Shown here one piece after another: positions 47,901 through 61,014 of a DNA stretch of 64,000 bases (the stretch's first letter is position 1; every line of letters starts with the position of its first letter). Origin of the DNA: Takakia lepidozioides. Lineage: Eukaryota; Plantae; Bryophyta. The stretch is from the NCBI GenBank assembly GCA_030704615.1, contig CM060731.1:1488001-1552000 (forward strand), read 5' to 3'. Position numbers and translations under genes: made by a program. The notes beneath the pieces are model-generated. The model saw only the letters and a program-made list of their open reading frames with translations. It was not told where the DNA came from and ran no database searches.

Positions 47901-50235
47901 AATGCTCTCCATTGTGGGTAGAGCTTTAGTTGCTAACTAGGTTTTGGAGGCATCAATGTGGTTTTATGCGGCGGTTTGGGACCCAGATGAGGCCATGGTC
48001 AAGGAAATTAAGGCACTCATTCGTAATTTCATATGGGGAGCTACTTCTGCGGCCCCGTCAAGAAGGGCTTTGCTCTCATGGGACCAATTGTGCCAAAAGA
48101 AAAATAAAGGTGGACTAGGTATCATTGACCCCTCGGCGCAGTTTAAGGCACTGTTGGCAAAGTGGATCCCTAGAGCCATCAAGCATAGAAACACTCCATG
48201 GAGCAAGCTCATACAACCCTACCTCATGGGGTCGATCCCCACATCCTCAAGCCTATGGACTCAATCCTTGAGATGGATTGTTCAAGGTAAAAACAAAGCA
48301 GTTACCTTGGGCTCCAAGCCGTGGCAGTCTATATGGAGGGCCTGGCATGGCATGAGAGGCAATCTCACGCAGCGGATGCCTCTAACTCACCAGGAGTGTT
48401 TGAGACAACCTGTTTTTGCTAATTATAACATGGATTCGGACAGTCTTCTTTCGCAGGCCTCGCAGTGGGCTGTTTGGGAGCAGACTGGATTCACACACAT
48501 ATCAAACATGTGTTGTCAAAATCAGTTCTTATCCAGGGCGCAAGTCGCCACCATGGTTGGGAACAAAAGAGCTAAAACCTGGGACACCATTTTGGCAAAT
48601 GTACCTCAGTACATAGAGCCCCTCCTAGCTGATGCATTGGTCATAAAGATACCCACATGGATGGCCACCAGTCAGCAGATTCAGACCCCTGTCATGCTGG
48701 TCACAGTCTGCCAAGGTGTTAGAGCAATAGGTCTGGGTTTCTCTGCTGATAGGGACGGTCTTCTTCAGTATCAAGGAAGAATGGAAGCAGATAAGGCAGA
48801 CCTCTTTCACATCAGAGTTCTGGATAATCTGGGCAACCCAAACCCGCTACCCCCACAAGGCATGGAGCCCCAATGGGCAAGACAAGAAAACCTCACCTGG
48901 TTTTTGAGCTGCCCACTGGTTGACCTGCAATTCGATCCCGGGGAGTGGAGATGGATGGATAAGAAAAAGACCCCTTTCTTCGCGTACTCTGTGAAAAAGG
49001 GATACTCTCTCCTAAACCCCCCCCCCCCCGCCCGATTGTTTGAATTCAAGTGGAAAGCAAAATGGAACATCCCGCTGCTAGACCACCATGGATGGGACAA
49101 AATCTTGAGAGACATCTGGAGAAAAGACAGACCAGCCATGCTATCCGGTTTTCTATGGAAAATCGCGCATAGAATTCTACCAGTCAGAGAACGCACCCAT
49201 GATGACAACCCTAACTGCTCTATGTGTGGTTCTTCTCCCGAGACCATTGAACACTGCCTGTGTCTGCAATCTGCCTGTTAGAGTCTGGCACTTGGTTCTT
49301 GCTTTCTACTCCCGCTGGAATAGCTTCCCCTCTCCCTCCCCACCTTCTCTGTTGCTTCTGAGTTTCACCGTGGGTCAAGTACAGACTATCTGCCCGGTTT
49401 GGGCTGCTCTTAGAGCGCTTACCTTGTGGAACTTTTGGAAAACAAGATGTGCTTGGGTTTATGAGGGAAACCCCCCAGAGGCAGATCGGTATTATTCAAC
49501 ACTTACCAAGATATGTTGACTGAGGGGCGGAAGGTTGGTTAACTGTCTGTGCAGCTGTTTCCAGAACTTCGGAGCAGCGAGGGAGGAAATTGCTTCAAGA
49601 CTTCCATGACATCTCGGGCAAAAGCAGCATGCTCGGCGCCAGTTTTTTCCAACTCTAAATTCACTTGGCAACATTCCATCCCTCTCAATGGGAGGTCCCC
49701 TGGTGAAGGTGATGAGGGAGATTGTAACTGGCGCCATAAACGTGCTAGAGCCTCCAAATTCCGCGCGCAGCTAAGTTCTAGAAGTCTGGCATCTGCATTC
49801 GCCTCTGCGACGGTTCCGAGTTGCATCACCCTCAAAATCTACTACCACCATCCCCTGGCATCCCGTGCTGGTTCAAGTCTTTTTCAAGACTTACCTCATT
49901 GCTTTTTCCCGACATTGTCTACTTCCCTATTGTGGATCCTTGCCTCTAATCTCCCCCCCATCCCTACCACATCTCTCCCCCCCCCCCCCCCCCCCGCCCC
50001 CCATCACTCTCTCGGCCCTCCTTCTCAAAATCATCTCCGAGTCTCCTTGCTCCTTTCCCTTAGCATGTTCGCTATGGTTCCGGGGAAGTTCCCCCGCAGT
50101 AAGCCTCAACCCCCCCCCCCCCCCCCCCCCCCCCCGGGTGGTTATTTTTTCCACCCCAGTGTAACTCCTTCTTATTTAATTTGATCAACAGGGCTTATGT
50201 CCCTTTCAAAAACAAAAAAAAAATAAATAAATAAA
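44990..50235 (+). mobile_element. L1-type LINE retrotransposon, decayed (ORF1 remnant, endonuclease remnant, RT, C-terminal Zn finger, A-rich tail)
   Basis: ARLDRFY..DH (endonuclease end), KSPGLDG, NYRPITLLNSTYKIIAK, SVR*GCPLAPFLF, MYADDT, FLWKIAHRILP..CSMC..ETIEHC. C-rich 3' region and A-rich tail at ~50208-50235. 5' end and TSD not determined. Confidence 0.92.
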
Positions 50236-52059
50236 TGTAGGGATGGAGCTCACCATCCAAACGGTAACATCAACAATGGAGGTTTGTCGGTGCCAAACAT
50301 GTCCTTACTGTTTTGGATTTGGTGCTCCATATTGTTTTGATGGAAGAGAGCTTCCTTCTGTGATGATCGCAGGGAGAGAGGGGCTGGCGAGAATCTGCCT
50401 GCCTCCCTAGTGCCCAACAAGCTGTCTATGCGCGGTACCCCAATTTTGTAACGTCCAATTCCGGGTCGCAATCCCACTAGAAATTTGCCGGGACCTAGCA
50501 TCTCATTCTGGAGTTCGGGTTTCTTGAGATGGATATGGGGGGGAAGAGAGAAAGAGCATCATGAAGGGTATAGGGGAAAGGAGAGTATTGAACTTCAGCA
50601 TGACCATTTGCTCACTGGGTACCTCAAATTTCTGTGAGGTACAAAATGAGAGAGGCCTTCGTGAGATTTGGTTTTCTGAATGCGTGACACAGTTCTCAAA
50701 CTTTTTGCAGATTCGATTGCCAAATTTTAGGGCTTCGTCCTCTCAATTTTTTGGACTTGAGCAGGTAAAGAGAGGGAGAGAGTGTATGTGTATGGGTTTT
50801 CCTAAGTCTTGGCGCTGAAGAGACAAAGGAGGGCACTCGGCAGTGTCAAGAGCAAAGCTTATTACAGATGGTAGGAGCTGGACGAAGGCCATGGTAAGCC
50901 TGCTATCGCGCCAGCCAGTATGTACATCTGCTATCGCGTTCTGTTCAATACTAGTTTAGATTCCTCCTTGCCGTCCCGACCGCTTGACCACGCCAGCTTT
51001 CAAGAGTTTCTACTTGCGAGTTCTCCGGAGGCTAGAAATCTGCAAACTCAACAATGGTAAACGAAGGCTCGTTCGTTGACCCCACTATACCTCTTAGCTT
51101 TGCTTGGTTGAGAAAAAATGATGAGAGAAAGGAGGTGGTGGATTGTTAAAGTGTAGAAAGGCATGGGCAGATGTACAGAGAGAGAACACAATCACAGAAT
51201 TGGCATTGACGTGCAGGGGTACCTAGGTGGAAAGCAGGCAACCGGGCTCGCAAACTTGGGAGCCTTTTCAAGTGGATTTACGCTGACCGAGGGTAAGCCA
51301 CCTTTCCTCTCCTTATTCACCGCATTTGGCAGTACTGAGGACCTCCTCTCTATTATTCTGTTGTTTTCTCTGTCCCTTGGGTCCATTTGGCCTGCCCCCA
51401 AAGTAATAATTTCTTTTCGTCTTTGTCTAGAGCCCTCAGGGCACATCTGCATTTGCCATCTTTGCTAGGGGCAGCGCTGCATTCTGCCCTTTCATCTGTA
51501 TGGTGCAAGGGCAAAGATAGCCAGATCTGTCACATGTGGCAACTTGGAGGGCTGCAGTACCAATGCTGGCAGTGTCATCCCTTTGTCATTGGCTGTGTCT
51601 AAGTGTGAAGTCTTGGGGTGAATGCCTGACAACTAGCTCTTGGGAAGTTTGCAACCTGTGGAGATGGCAACCTCAATGGTTTGTTGTGGCCACTGATTGG
51701 AGGGAATGTCAATGAGTGACCTTCTCCTCCACTCCCTCCCCCCCAAACACTAAGTGTGGCGATGGAGGGTAAATGAACTCAAGTCCTTGAACGTCTCCAG
51801 GGCAGAACTCAGATGTTTTGCATTGCAATATTGTGGCCCACAGTTCCCTGCGGGACACTTAGTTGCAGGGGATACAACCACCATGTCCACCACAGACATG
51901 TTGTTACTCTGGGCTTTGCTCCCTCGGTAGCAGTGGAACTCAGTCCTCTTCAGTGTGTCCTTCAACATCTGAAATCTCTGGTATGTTTTGAATTTCTTGT
52001 TGCGTCCATGAGGCAGAGAAACACAGCCCAATGTAAGTTCCAGAAATGGGTTAAGACAG

Positions 52060-52400
52060 GGAGTCAATACAATTACGACTGGCAGTTGTGGGGATTTAAC
52101 AACATTGTGTAAACAGGGAAAACTGAAAGCGGTGCTGCACATTTGGACCAAGAAGGTGTCCAGGCAGACTCCACTATTTATCCCAGTCTCTGGCAGGGGT
52201 GCATCAAAAGGAAAGCAAAAGCAGAGGGAAAGAAGGTGCTAGACCACACTATCCGAAGTCAATTCAAGCCCAACGTTTATGTTCTCAATAGCCTTACCAA
52301 CATGTATGCCTTGCATGAGAAGTGTTGGAGAAATTACCCCAACAAGATATAGCTACATGGACTATGATAACGGCAGGATATACCAAGCATGGGCAATGCT
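52060..52400 (+). pseudogene. PPR gene fragment
   Basis: QEGVQADSTIYPSLWQGCIKRKAKAEGKKVLDHTIRSQFKPNVYVLNSLTNMYA parallels the first repeats of the ORF at 53399. Confidence 0.75.
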
Positions 52401-53398
52401 GAGGATGGATAGCTCTGGCAGGAGTTCATCTCAGACCCTTACAGTGGTAGGAAAACAGGGTTGAGAAAGTGACTATTATCTTATCAAAGTGGTTGTCTGG
52501 GCATCATGATGTTTTATGGACTTGATTTCATCTCCAAGTCAATCACCTTGATAACAGATCTTCTCTTCCCGTTGGAAAAGTAGCCAAAGAGGTTCTTAGT
52601 TCTTACTGTTGCAATCAGTAGCGTGTCCTCCCTTAGCAGGGCATGATATTAGGCTATTCAAGAATGTTGTTTGAAAGGTGCTTGGGCACTTTGGTGGATG
52701 TGAGGCTCTGGTTGAAGCTTGGCTGCTCAGCTGCTACTTGTGACTTATACAGAAAAGTCCAAGATCGCGAGAATTCAGACAAAAGTGCATAAAGAAGGTC
52801 TGCTGGATTGAGGGCTGCTTGAACCCTCCTCGACCGAAAACAGAACTAGTTGCAATGGTACAAGGTCAAGCAGGATCTGGTGATGATTCTAATGTTGATG
52901 TACAGCACAAAGGTCCAAGCCAAGAACACAACAGGTATTGTTTTGATCAAGTAGTTGAAGATCAAAATCTGGCCATGGCTGAAAGGTCCAACTGCCGTGA
53001 CTCCTTTAGGTCGCATGTGCCAAGTCAGTATAATCCCGGAGGGACTTTGTGACTATGGCACGCCACTGGAATGCAATGTCCAAACATAAAAGGAATTCGA
53101 CGCTGTTGAATTGGCATAAAAATGCACGTAGCTTGTCAGCACAAAGAATTCAGAGACGTTCCAGGACTATTAGGTGCCGCTGACAAATCCACCATACTTA
53201 GCTTTTCTCTGAGTTTGTCTTCACAGCTTTCTTGTTTGGTAATCTAAATATGTCATTTGTAGGGAACGAAGCTCGTATATATACACACAGATAGAATGGG
53301 TTGCAGTTTATCCTTCAAGTAGATGACTGCTGTAACCCCATTTATGTACATTGTGGAATGTGTCCTAAGGGTCTGTAACTAAAAGTAAGTCATGCAGG

Positions 53399-55007
53399 AT
53401 GGCAGGGTTGAAACAGACACAGATGTTTGTTGGACGTGGCATACGTAGCACATCCACCATCACCACTGCTTTTGAAAGAGGACCTAGAGAGGGAGTCAAC
53501 ACTCGTGGATATATGAGGACACTATGTAAGGCCGCACGACTGAAAGATGTGCTGCAGATTTTAACCCAACAAGGCATTCAGCCAGACTCCAATACTTACG
53601 TCTGCCTGTTGCAGGAGTGCATCAAAATGAAAGACCTGGAAGAGGGAAAGCAGGTGCACATCCATATTATCCAAAGTGGATACACGCCAAACACCTATTT
53701 ACTCTCTACCCTTGTCAACATGTATGCCAAGTGTGGGAGTGTGGTGGATGCACGCCAAGTCTTTGACAAAATGCCTGAACGAACTTTGTTTACATGGACT
53801 ATAATGATGGCAGGATATGCCAAGCATGGTTATGCTGCGGAGGCTCTGAAAATCTATAAGCAAATGCGACAGGAAGGAGTGACACCTGATAGGGTTACGT
53901 TCATTTGCAGTCTCAATGCCTGTGCCAGCCTGGGAGCCCTGGAAAAAGGCAAAGACATCCATGCTGACATCATCAAAGCTGGGATTGCGTCTGACATGAT
54001 TTTGGAGACTGCTCTTGCTGGTATGTATGCCAAAAGCGGGGGCATGAAGGATGCTCGTCAAGTGTTTGACAGGATGGCTAAACGAAATGTGGTCTCATGG
54101 AATGCCATGATTGCAGGATATGCTCAGCATGGATATGGTAGGGAGGCTGTCCAACTATTTGGACAAATGCGCCAGGAAGGCTTGAAACCTGATAGTGTCA
54201 CCTTTTTATCTATTATTTTTGCATGTAGCCATATGGGCCTAGTAGATGAAGGTTGCCATTACTTTGAGTCAATGAGTAGAGATCATGGCCTCACTCCAGC
54301 ACTGGAGCATTTTGGATGCATGGTGGACCTTCATGGCCGTGCAGGGCGATTGGATGAGGCAGAGGACGTTATTACAAAAATGCCAATTGAACCAGATGCT
54401 TTGGTGTGGCGGGCCTTGCTCAGTGCATGCAGAATTCATGGTGATGTGGAGGTAGCTGAACGTGCAGCGAAAAACATTCTCAAGACAGATCCACAGCACC
54501 CTGCAGCTTATGTGCTGTTATCAAACATATATGCTGCAGTTGGCAGGTATGAGGATAAAGCAAAGTTGAGAAAGATGATGGAGGAGAGAGGTGTCAGAAA
54601 GGAGCCAGGGTGCAGCTCAATTGAGGTTGAAGACAGGGTGCATACGTTTGTTGTAGAAGACAAGTTACATCCACAAATTGAGGAAATCCATACCAAACTT
54701 CAAAGATTGTCAGATGAAGGAAGCTGGGTATGTCGCTGACATGCGCTTTGTATTGCATGATGTGGAGGAGGAGCAAAAGGAACTTTCTCTTTCCCACCAC
54801 AGTGAGAAGCTGGCCATTGCTTTTGGGCTCATCAGCACACCCCCTGGGACACCTATCCGTATAATAAAAAACCTTCGGGTGTGTGGTGACTGCCACACCG
54901 CCACCAAGTTCATCTCGAAGATTGTTGGACGAGCAGTTGTCATAAGGGATGCCAACCGCTTTCACCACTTCCAAGATGGGGTTTGTTCTTGTGGTGATTA
55001 CTGGTGA
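53399..55007 (+). CDS. PLS-E-DYW pentatricopeptide repeat RNA-editing factor, intronless, with a frameshift at ~54712 before the DYW domain (possible pseudogene)
   Basis: 446-aa PLS/E ORF ending [28 protein letters not shown] second frame continues [38 protein letters not shown]. Confidence 0.92.
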
Positions 55008-57096
55008 TACAAGTAAAATCCATGAAAGACTTCTTAATTCCCAAATACTGGGAAGGACTTGTTACTCAAGGGAAGTCTTCTGAGTGGCCTGGGAACCTCC
55101 ACTATCGTGATACCTCCATTCCGTCTACTTGCCACAAGAGCAGGAATGGCTTGCAGATTGATCGACCTCACTTAAATTCACCACAGTTCCAAATGTGTGA
55201 ATAGTTGTCTGTTTGCCATGCAAAATGACATCAGAGGATGCTTGAACCAAAATGACCAGGTAGAATGGTCAATCAAACCACCTTCGCAGAAAATCCAACA
55301 CACAAAAAAGGTTGGAGAAGGCTCACAGCCACAAGACACAAGCAAAAAGTCCTTACTACATAAGATGTTTGCTGATGTCAGAGAGCAGGAAGCAAGCGGA
55401 CACAAGCAGTCATCGACAAATTATGTATCTGAGCAAAGGCAACCAGACTGACATATGGTGAGACGACTGAAGGATGCAGTGTAAACACAATCTCAGCAGC
55501 GCCCCAGGATCCAGAGATGGACGGTCTTCGTGCTCTGATGCAGCTTAGTCGCTTCTTTTTCGTATTTCTGGATCATTTTTGGTTGGACTGTCATCTGTAG
55601 CTTCTTTCATAAGGTTACATGATGTGTTGGAGTTTCTTCATCAGGCCCTCATGGCAGAGAATGAAAGGTTCCAGTGCACGACGGAGGCCACATCACCGAC
55701 AAGGTGCAACAGTCCTTTGCAAACCGCATGCTGTGCAATACTGGCTCCCTCGCTGTTGTGTGATTTGTTTTCACGGCTGGTCTTGTTGTTAACCCTGAGT
55801 CTCTGCAGTGAGGCTCAGTTGTAGTCGGCCATCAGTCTAATAAGGCATATGTTTCTCTGTGATGACTACATGATGACGAGACTGAGTGAAGGCAGGGCGG
55901 GCTTGCTGTGGCGTGTTTTACGTCACTTTATGCCTTCCTTGTTGTGCCTGCTCCGCTGGTTTACCAGTTACACTGAAGCATAAACGAGGCATTTGTCTGA
56001 GAGAAACTTGCACATCTCAAGAGCCTGGCTTCTTCAGAAACATAGAAGGCATTGAGTGTCTGCTTCAATTCTGTTGTTCTAGATGTTTTGGTCCCATTGT
56101 CGACGAAGTGTCTTATCCCATTTGCGATGAGGAAGTTTTTGTTGTAGAACTACAAGCTTAATCACGCACGCAATCACGTTTGGAGCATGCTACTGATTGA
56201 GTGATGAACTAGAGGGCTTGGATGATGAGTTATTCCTTTCACGACGGTCATCAGAGCTCTCAAGCAATGTTGAGACCGATTTGGAAATTTCTGCCTGACA
56301 AGCCTGTATGGTGCAGTCTGTTCTGTAGATTACACTACAGTTTTAGTCCGCTAATATCTGTAGTGCTTGTTTAGTAAATTTAAAGGAAACACCCTGGAGC
56401 GCTTGTAGTTCATGAATGGTAGTCCAGACATCCAATTGACAAGGGAAGGAATTTGGCTTGAACACTTTCAAGAATTTCTGTGAAAAGAGCTTGCATTATG
56501 AACACCTTAATCCCTTTCACAGTCAGCAGGTGATTTGCATTGCAGTCTCTATAAACCAAGAATGTGTATGGATTCAAATTCTGGCCTTGCATCTGGGAAT
56601 GGATCAAGATAGAGCCTGAACCTTGCTGAGGGCACTTACCATCCTACATTGAAGGACAACATTGAAGGACTGTGCATGGGTGTGTCCACCAGTCTTAGTA
56701 GATTTGAAGGGAGCTGCACAAGTTCATAGAAAATGAACCGCCATGGTTTAGGGGTCAGCTTGTGGACCAGCTTGTGGACCGCGGCCTGCTTATGGATCAA
56801 AACAAGTTGGTAACTGCTTTGCCCTGGCTCTTTGCCATGCCTCTTGGGGCTGGTCACTGTGGTTAAACTTGAGAAATTATCCATTGGCATTTTACCAGAT
56901 GTATTCATAGATTGCGAAAAGTCACTTCTAGAGATTTTGTGGCTTGTACTGATTGAAGTTCATAACTTGCAACAACTCTGTGGATAGTTTACACTTCAAC
57001 CTCACATTGAATACACTGTTGAATATGATCATTTACGATATTGCCTTTAGTGTTGATTCAATCATACTGCAGCAACCAACAGAAGTTGTGAAAATT

Positions 57097-59529
57097 TCAT
57101 GTGTTCTCTGATGGAAGTGTACCACTACAACCAGATGTCCCACAGAAACAAGGCTGGGAGTTACTGGAAACTCCTCCACACCCGCCATAGCTATATGTAA
57201 GCTCTTTTCCCTCCATAATATCTCGCCCTGCAAAAAATGCTAGCTTGGGAATCATTGAACCGGCTGACCGCACCAAGCAAGGCAGCAAGTTGCCACCATT
57301 GCAAGCATGGTTGATAAAGCGCGCAACGTTCCCTACACTGGTGGCATCTATGTTCAGTCGCAGGCATGCCGTACCCGATGGTAGATACTCTCTCAACACT
57401 AGTAAAGCTGGTCCACACCTGGGTTTTCCAGCTTCCAGAAAGTCATACGTTTTCTGTCGCTGTCGAGCCTCTGCAGTTGTCAAGAGTTCACCTGCACATA
57501 AACACGTACAATGTCACTGGTTCAAACTTTTCCTATGACACATACATACAAGAGTGATCCTGCTAAGAATGCAAGATGATTTGAGAGCAAGATACACAGA
57601 GACTGGAACATTTATTGACCATTCACAACGAAACTTAAGAATGCTTGAGGGCCACAATATTGAACCCACCACGCCAGTCACCACCAGAGGATTGAGCTAT
57701 GAAGGACCCTCCAGGACTCAGCAACATTCATCCTACCAAGCGAGTCATGAGTTTCTCACCACCAGGGTAATCAAACTCAGCAGCAATTGCATTCATAGAC
57801 AGCCCATCCATATCCAAATTATACACCTCATTGAGCATCCACTTACGAGCTGGAATTGACATCTTGCTAGACAGCATATGAATCTTTCAAGCACATTCAT
57901 AAATCGACAGCCAACAACGGTTGTGAAGATTACAGACCTGCATACTCACAGACAAAGGATCCCTGTGTGATGAGTTGTGCAGCATGCAATGCCCAACCTT
58001 TGAAAGAGCTTCGCACCACAGTCACACGAACTGCAAGCCCGTGCTGTGTTACACGAAAACCACAATCAACACTGCAAGTGCATGCCGCTCCACACTCCAT
58101 CAGCAAGGGAGGTCCCTCCTTCAGCTCCACTTGACTTTTCAGATCCTTCGCTATAAACATTGACTCTGAATCTGGGCTTGCCTTTCTGGTGTCCTGCTGG
58201 TTGGTTCTTGACATTGATTGATCTCTTCTCATGACCTTACTGGTCTCAAAGGCTTCCATGGGTAGTTCGTTGGAACTAGGAAGGGTTTGAGTCAAGTCAT
58301 CTCCGTGGGTGCCTCTAGTAGCATTTGTGGGATGCAAGGGAGTTGGCCATGCCTTCAGAGCCATGCCATTGGAAAGTTCAGAAAAATTGGAAGTTTTGGC
58401 TAGATAAGGGAGGCCTGCCTCATGAATTTCACCATTCAAAAGTTCTGAAGAGCTCTTTCGCATTCGAAGCTTGGATGAATTATCGTATGCCAGGTCGCCA
58501 TGGCTGGTAAGCCCACATAAACAATCTAAAGACCTAGGTGTCTGCAGCTGGCAATCAGAACCTTGAGTGGTGATAAAATCCTTAACCCCATCACGATGGG
58601 AGTTGCCAATCGAAGCAGCAGCACAACTTGCTCCTTCAACAGAAGTGCAGCTATGAACGCACCTGCATCAAGTGATAGGAAATTAGAGACTAAAGAAAAC
58701 TGTTCGGAACTGTGTTGCTCACAATTTCTCCAGATTAGCGCTTCTCTTAAGCATCACTACCATTCGGGCACTAGTACCGCATACCAATGAATTTTAAGCC
58801 TCGCGACTTAAGGCTCCATGTAGATTACTAATGAAACACACAGAGCTGCTCAGTGGAACATGATTAATAACTTTGTTACCAACATGCTGCTAGCCACGAT
58901 TTAGGGTTCAGATTGTAGAGATCTTTGAGTTATCGAAGTGCGAACCCTGATTATTGTACAGATTGAATTAACGCCGAGAGTTCCGAGAATGTCTTTGACT
59001 AGAAAAAAACCGTCCGATGAGCTTCTTGGGTGATTCTGTGTTTGTGAAAGGAAGAAGATCGGGACGAACCCACCTCTCAAATGACATACACAGTCACAAA
59101 TGGACAGACTGACCTGCAGCCCACACCTTGCAAATTGCCCGCTGAAGAAAGAGACGCCAGCTCTGAATCGAAGAGCTTCTTCAAATTCAAAATTTCAAGT
59201 TTTGAAGAGGCAGCCACTGCGCCCCAAGATTGACGAAAACATAAAGAGTCCACTGAGGGAGGAAGGCGACAGAAAGGAGTGTAGTGGAAAAAGGGGTAGC
59301 GACAGGAGTCCAGTTGATTGGAGATGGGTACAGGCCAGCGTTCTAATCCCTGTGCGGCATCTTCCATGCGACGCTGTGTAAGGCTCGTGACAGCGGCGGC
59401 CATGGCATGACAGGTTCGAGCAAGGTTGCTCAGCTCTTGAGGACGTAGCCAGGCAATCCCTACTTTCATAGCTTCCATGGTGCTGCAACCCTCCCTTTGC
59501 AGTACCGAAGGTCTCTTGGTGTCCGGCAT
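57097..59529 (-). CDS. SUVR3: Histone-lysine N-methyltransferase SUVR3-like (pre-SET/SET/post-SET)
   Basis: N-terminus WLRPQELSNLARTC..DAAQGLERWPVP..RYPFFHYTP; ECGAACTC..RVTQHG..KGWALHA..FVCEYAG; NIDATSVGNVARFINHAC..ELTYSYG..CFCGTSGC..LPSENT. Probable exons 59529-59114, ~58662-58588, ~58503-57937 and 57492-57097. Confidence 0.88.
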
Positions 59530-59795
59530 GGTCTGTTGAGGACAGAAGTTAGAATGCAAGACCTTCCTTGAGAACGGGAGTGATGATGCAAAACTAAGGA
59601 AAAAAACTGACTAAAGGTAAATGAGATGCTCTGTATGTCGCTTCACTGTTACTGATCTCCAGTCCTCTCCAAAACTGATCACTACTAAAGGGCGTCGCCC
59701 AAAATCACAGAATTCGAGAGCGATGTTCGGAAAGATAAAATCCTTGGGAGCTTACCGCGGATTGTGTGATGGCTAGGAAAATGTCAATGAGTTAT

Positions 59796-60162
59796 TAGAG
59801 TTATCCGTAAAGCGAGCCTGAGTTTGGTACCCTGTTTGGACCCGAGTTACGGTTTCATCCTGAGTTTTGAGTTAATCCGTAAAGTGCAGAAAACTGAGCA
59901 CGAAGTCAGAAAAGAGGGCACCAAATCATAAACTGGGGATGAGGGCAACCGTTGCTATGGCGCGAGCTCCTAAGCTCTGACCGCCTCCGCCTCGACTACT
60001 AACAAAACTCGGCACCAAACTCCTGCCACCCCCATTTTCTTAGTCCTGGCAGTTTGGTTTTTTTAGTCGTGCCGCTTGATCCTGAGTTTCGAGTTTCATA
60101 CCGAGTTTTGGCCAAACTCAGGGTTCTCATGCCGAGTTTGGGACCCTTTACGGATAACTCTA
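59796..60162. mobile_element. MITE with perfect 17-bp TIRs, upstream of SUVR3
   Basis: tagagttatccgtaaag (59796-59812) / ctttacggataactcta (60146-60162); internal gagttt/aaactc repeats; no clear TSD. Confidence 0.8.
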
Positions 60163-61014
60163 TTTAAAGGAGAGTGAAACTTGAAACTATGGCTTTTATT
60201 TACAAACTGACATGAGGAACTGTACAAAGTATGGAAAGTTCCCAAAGCAAGGGAAGAGTTAACATAAAGAAATGAATAAGAGAGAAACTAGTACGTTTTT
60301 GATGCTACAGATCTCTCGTCACTCTGTGTGAAGAAGTACGAAAAATGGGTGTGCAAAGTGTGAACGTTCATTCGTGGATCCAGAAGCAGAAAAACGTTGT
60401 CGCAGTTTTGGGTTGTGCTTCTTGTGTTAAAACGTTTCGCTCGCCAGGAGGGTTTTTAGATCCGAGCTAGGCCCCATCTACGGGGAGTCTTGCGTGAGCA
60501 AGAAACTCATCCGAGTGCAGCATGGGGCACAGGTATGTCAAATGACCAACACATAAGGGGGAAAAGCCATTGGGAGCAGCAAGAAAGAAACACGAAAACA
60601 TTACTTTATGATCACAAATGATCGCCGGGCTGCATGATCCACAGAGCCCAAAGTTACATAGAAATTGCCCACACACTTTGTACATTCTTCTCCTTTGACA
60701 TTTGCCAACAATGTGATGGGACCTAAAAAGACTCCTTGTACGTCGCCACTAGCAACTGAGATACTTACTATACGCGGCTGAAGTTATAAGGGTCATCATC
60801 GACCCCCTTACTATAATCCAATGTATTGTAAGCAAGGGACCAAATGCACGAATTCCTGCAGAATTGTTTGAGGCGCGAGCTACACGAGGAGATTTGCTCC
60901 AAAAGAATCTGTCTGGAAATCCACATACCGATGGTCGGACATCTTCCAAATAGATGTTAGATAGTTATTAGCAAGAATCATCCCGCAGGCGCTAGATGTG
61001 TGCCTGAAACGATC

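Noticed and set aside
49549-50184. Proline-rich ORFs
   Set aside because: They arise from poly-C tracts in the LINE 3' region.
55100-57000. Short ORFs between PPR-DYW and SUVR3
   Set aside because: No recognisable motifs or consistent exon chain; probably UTR or intergenic sequence.
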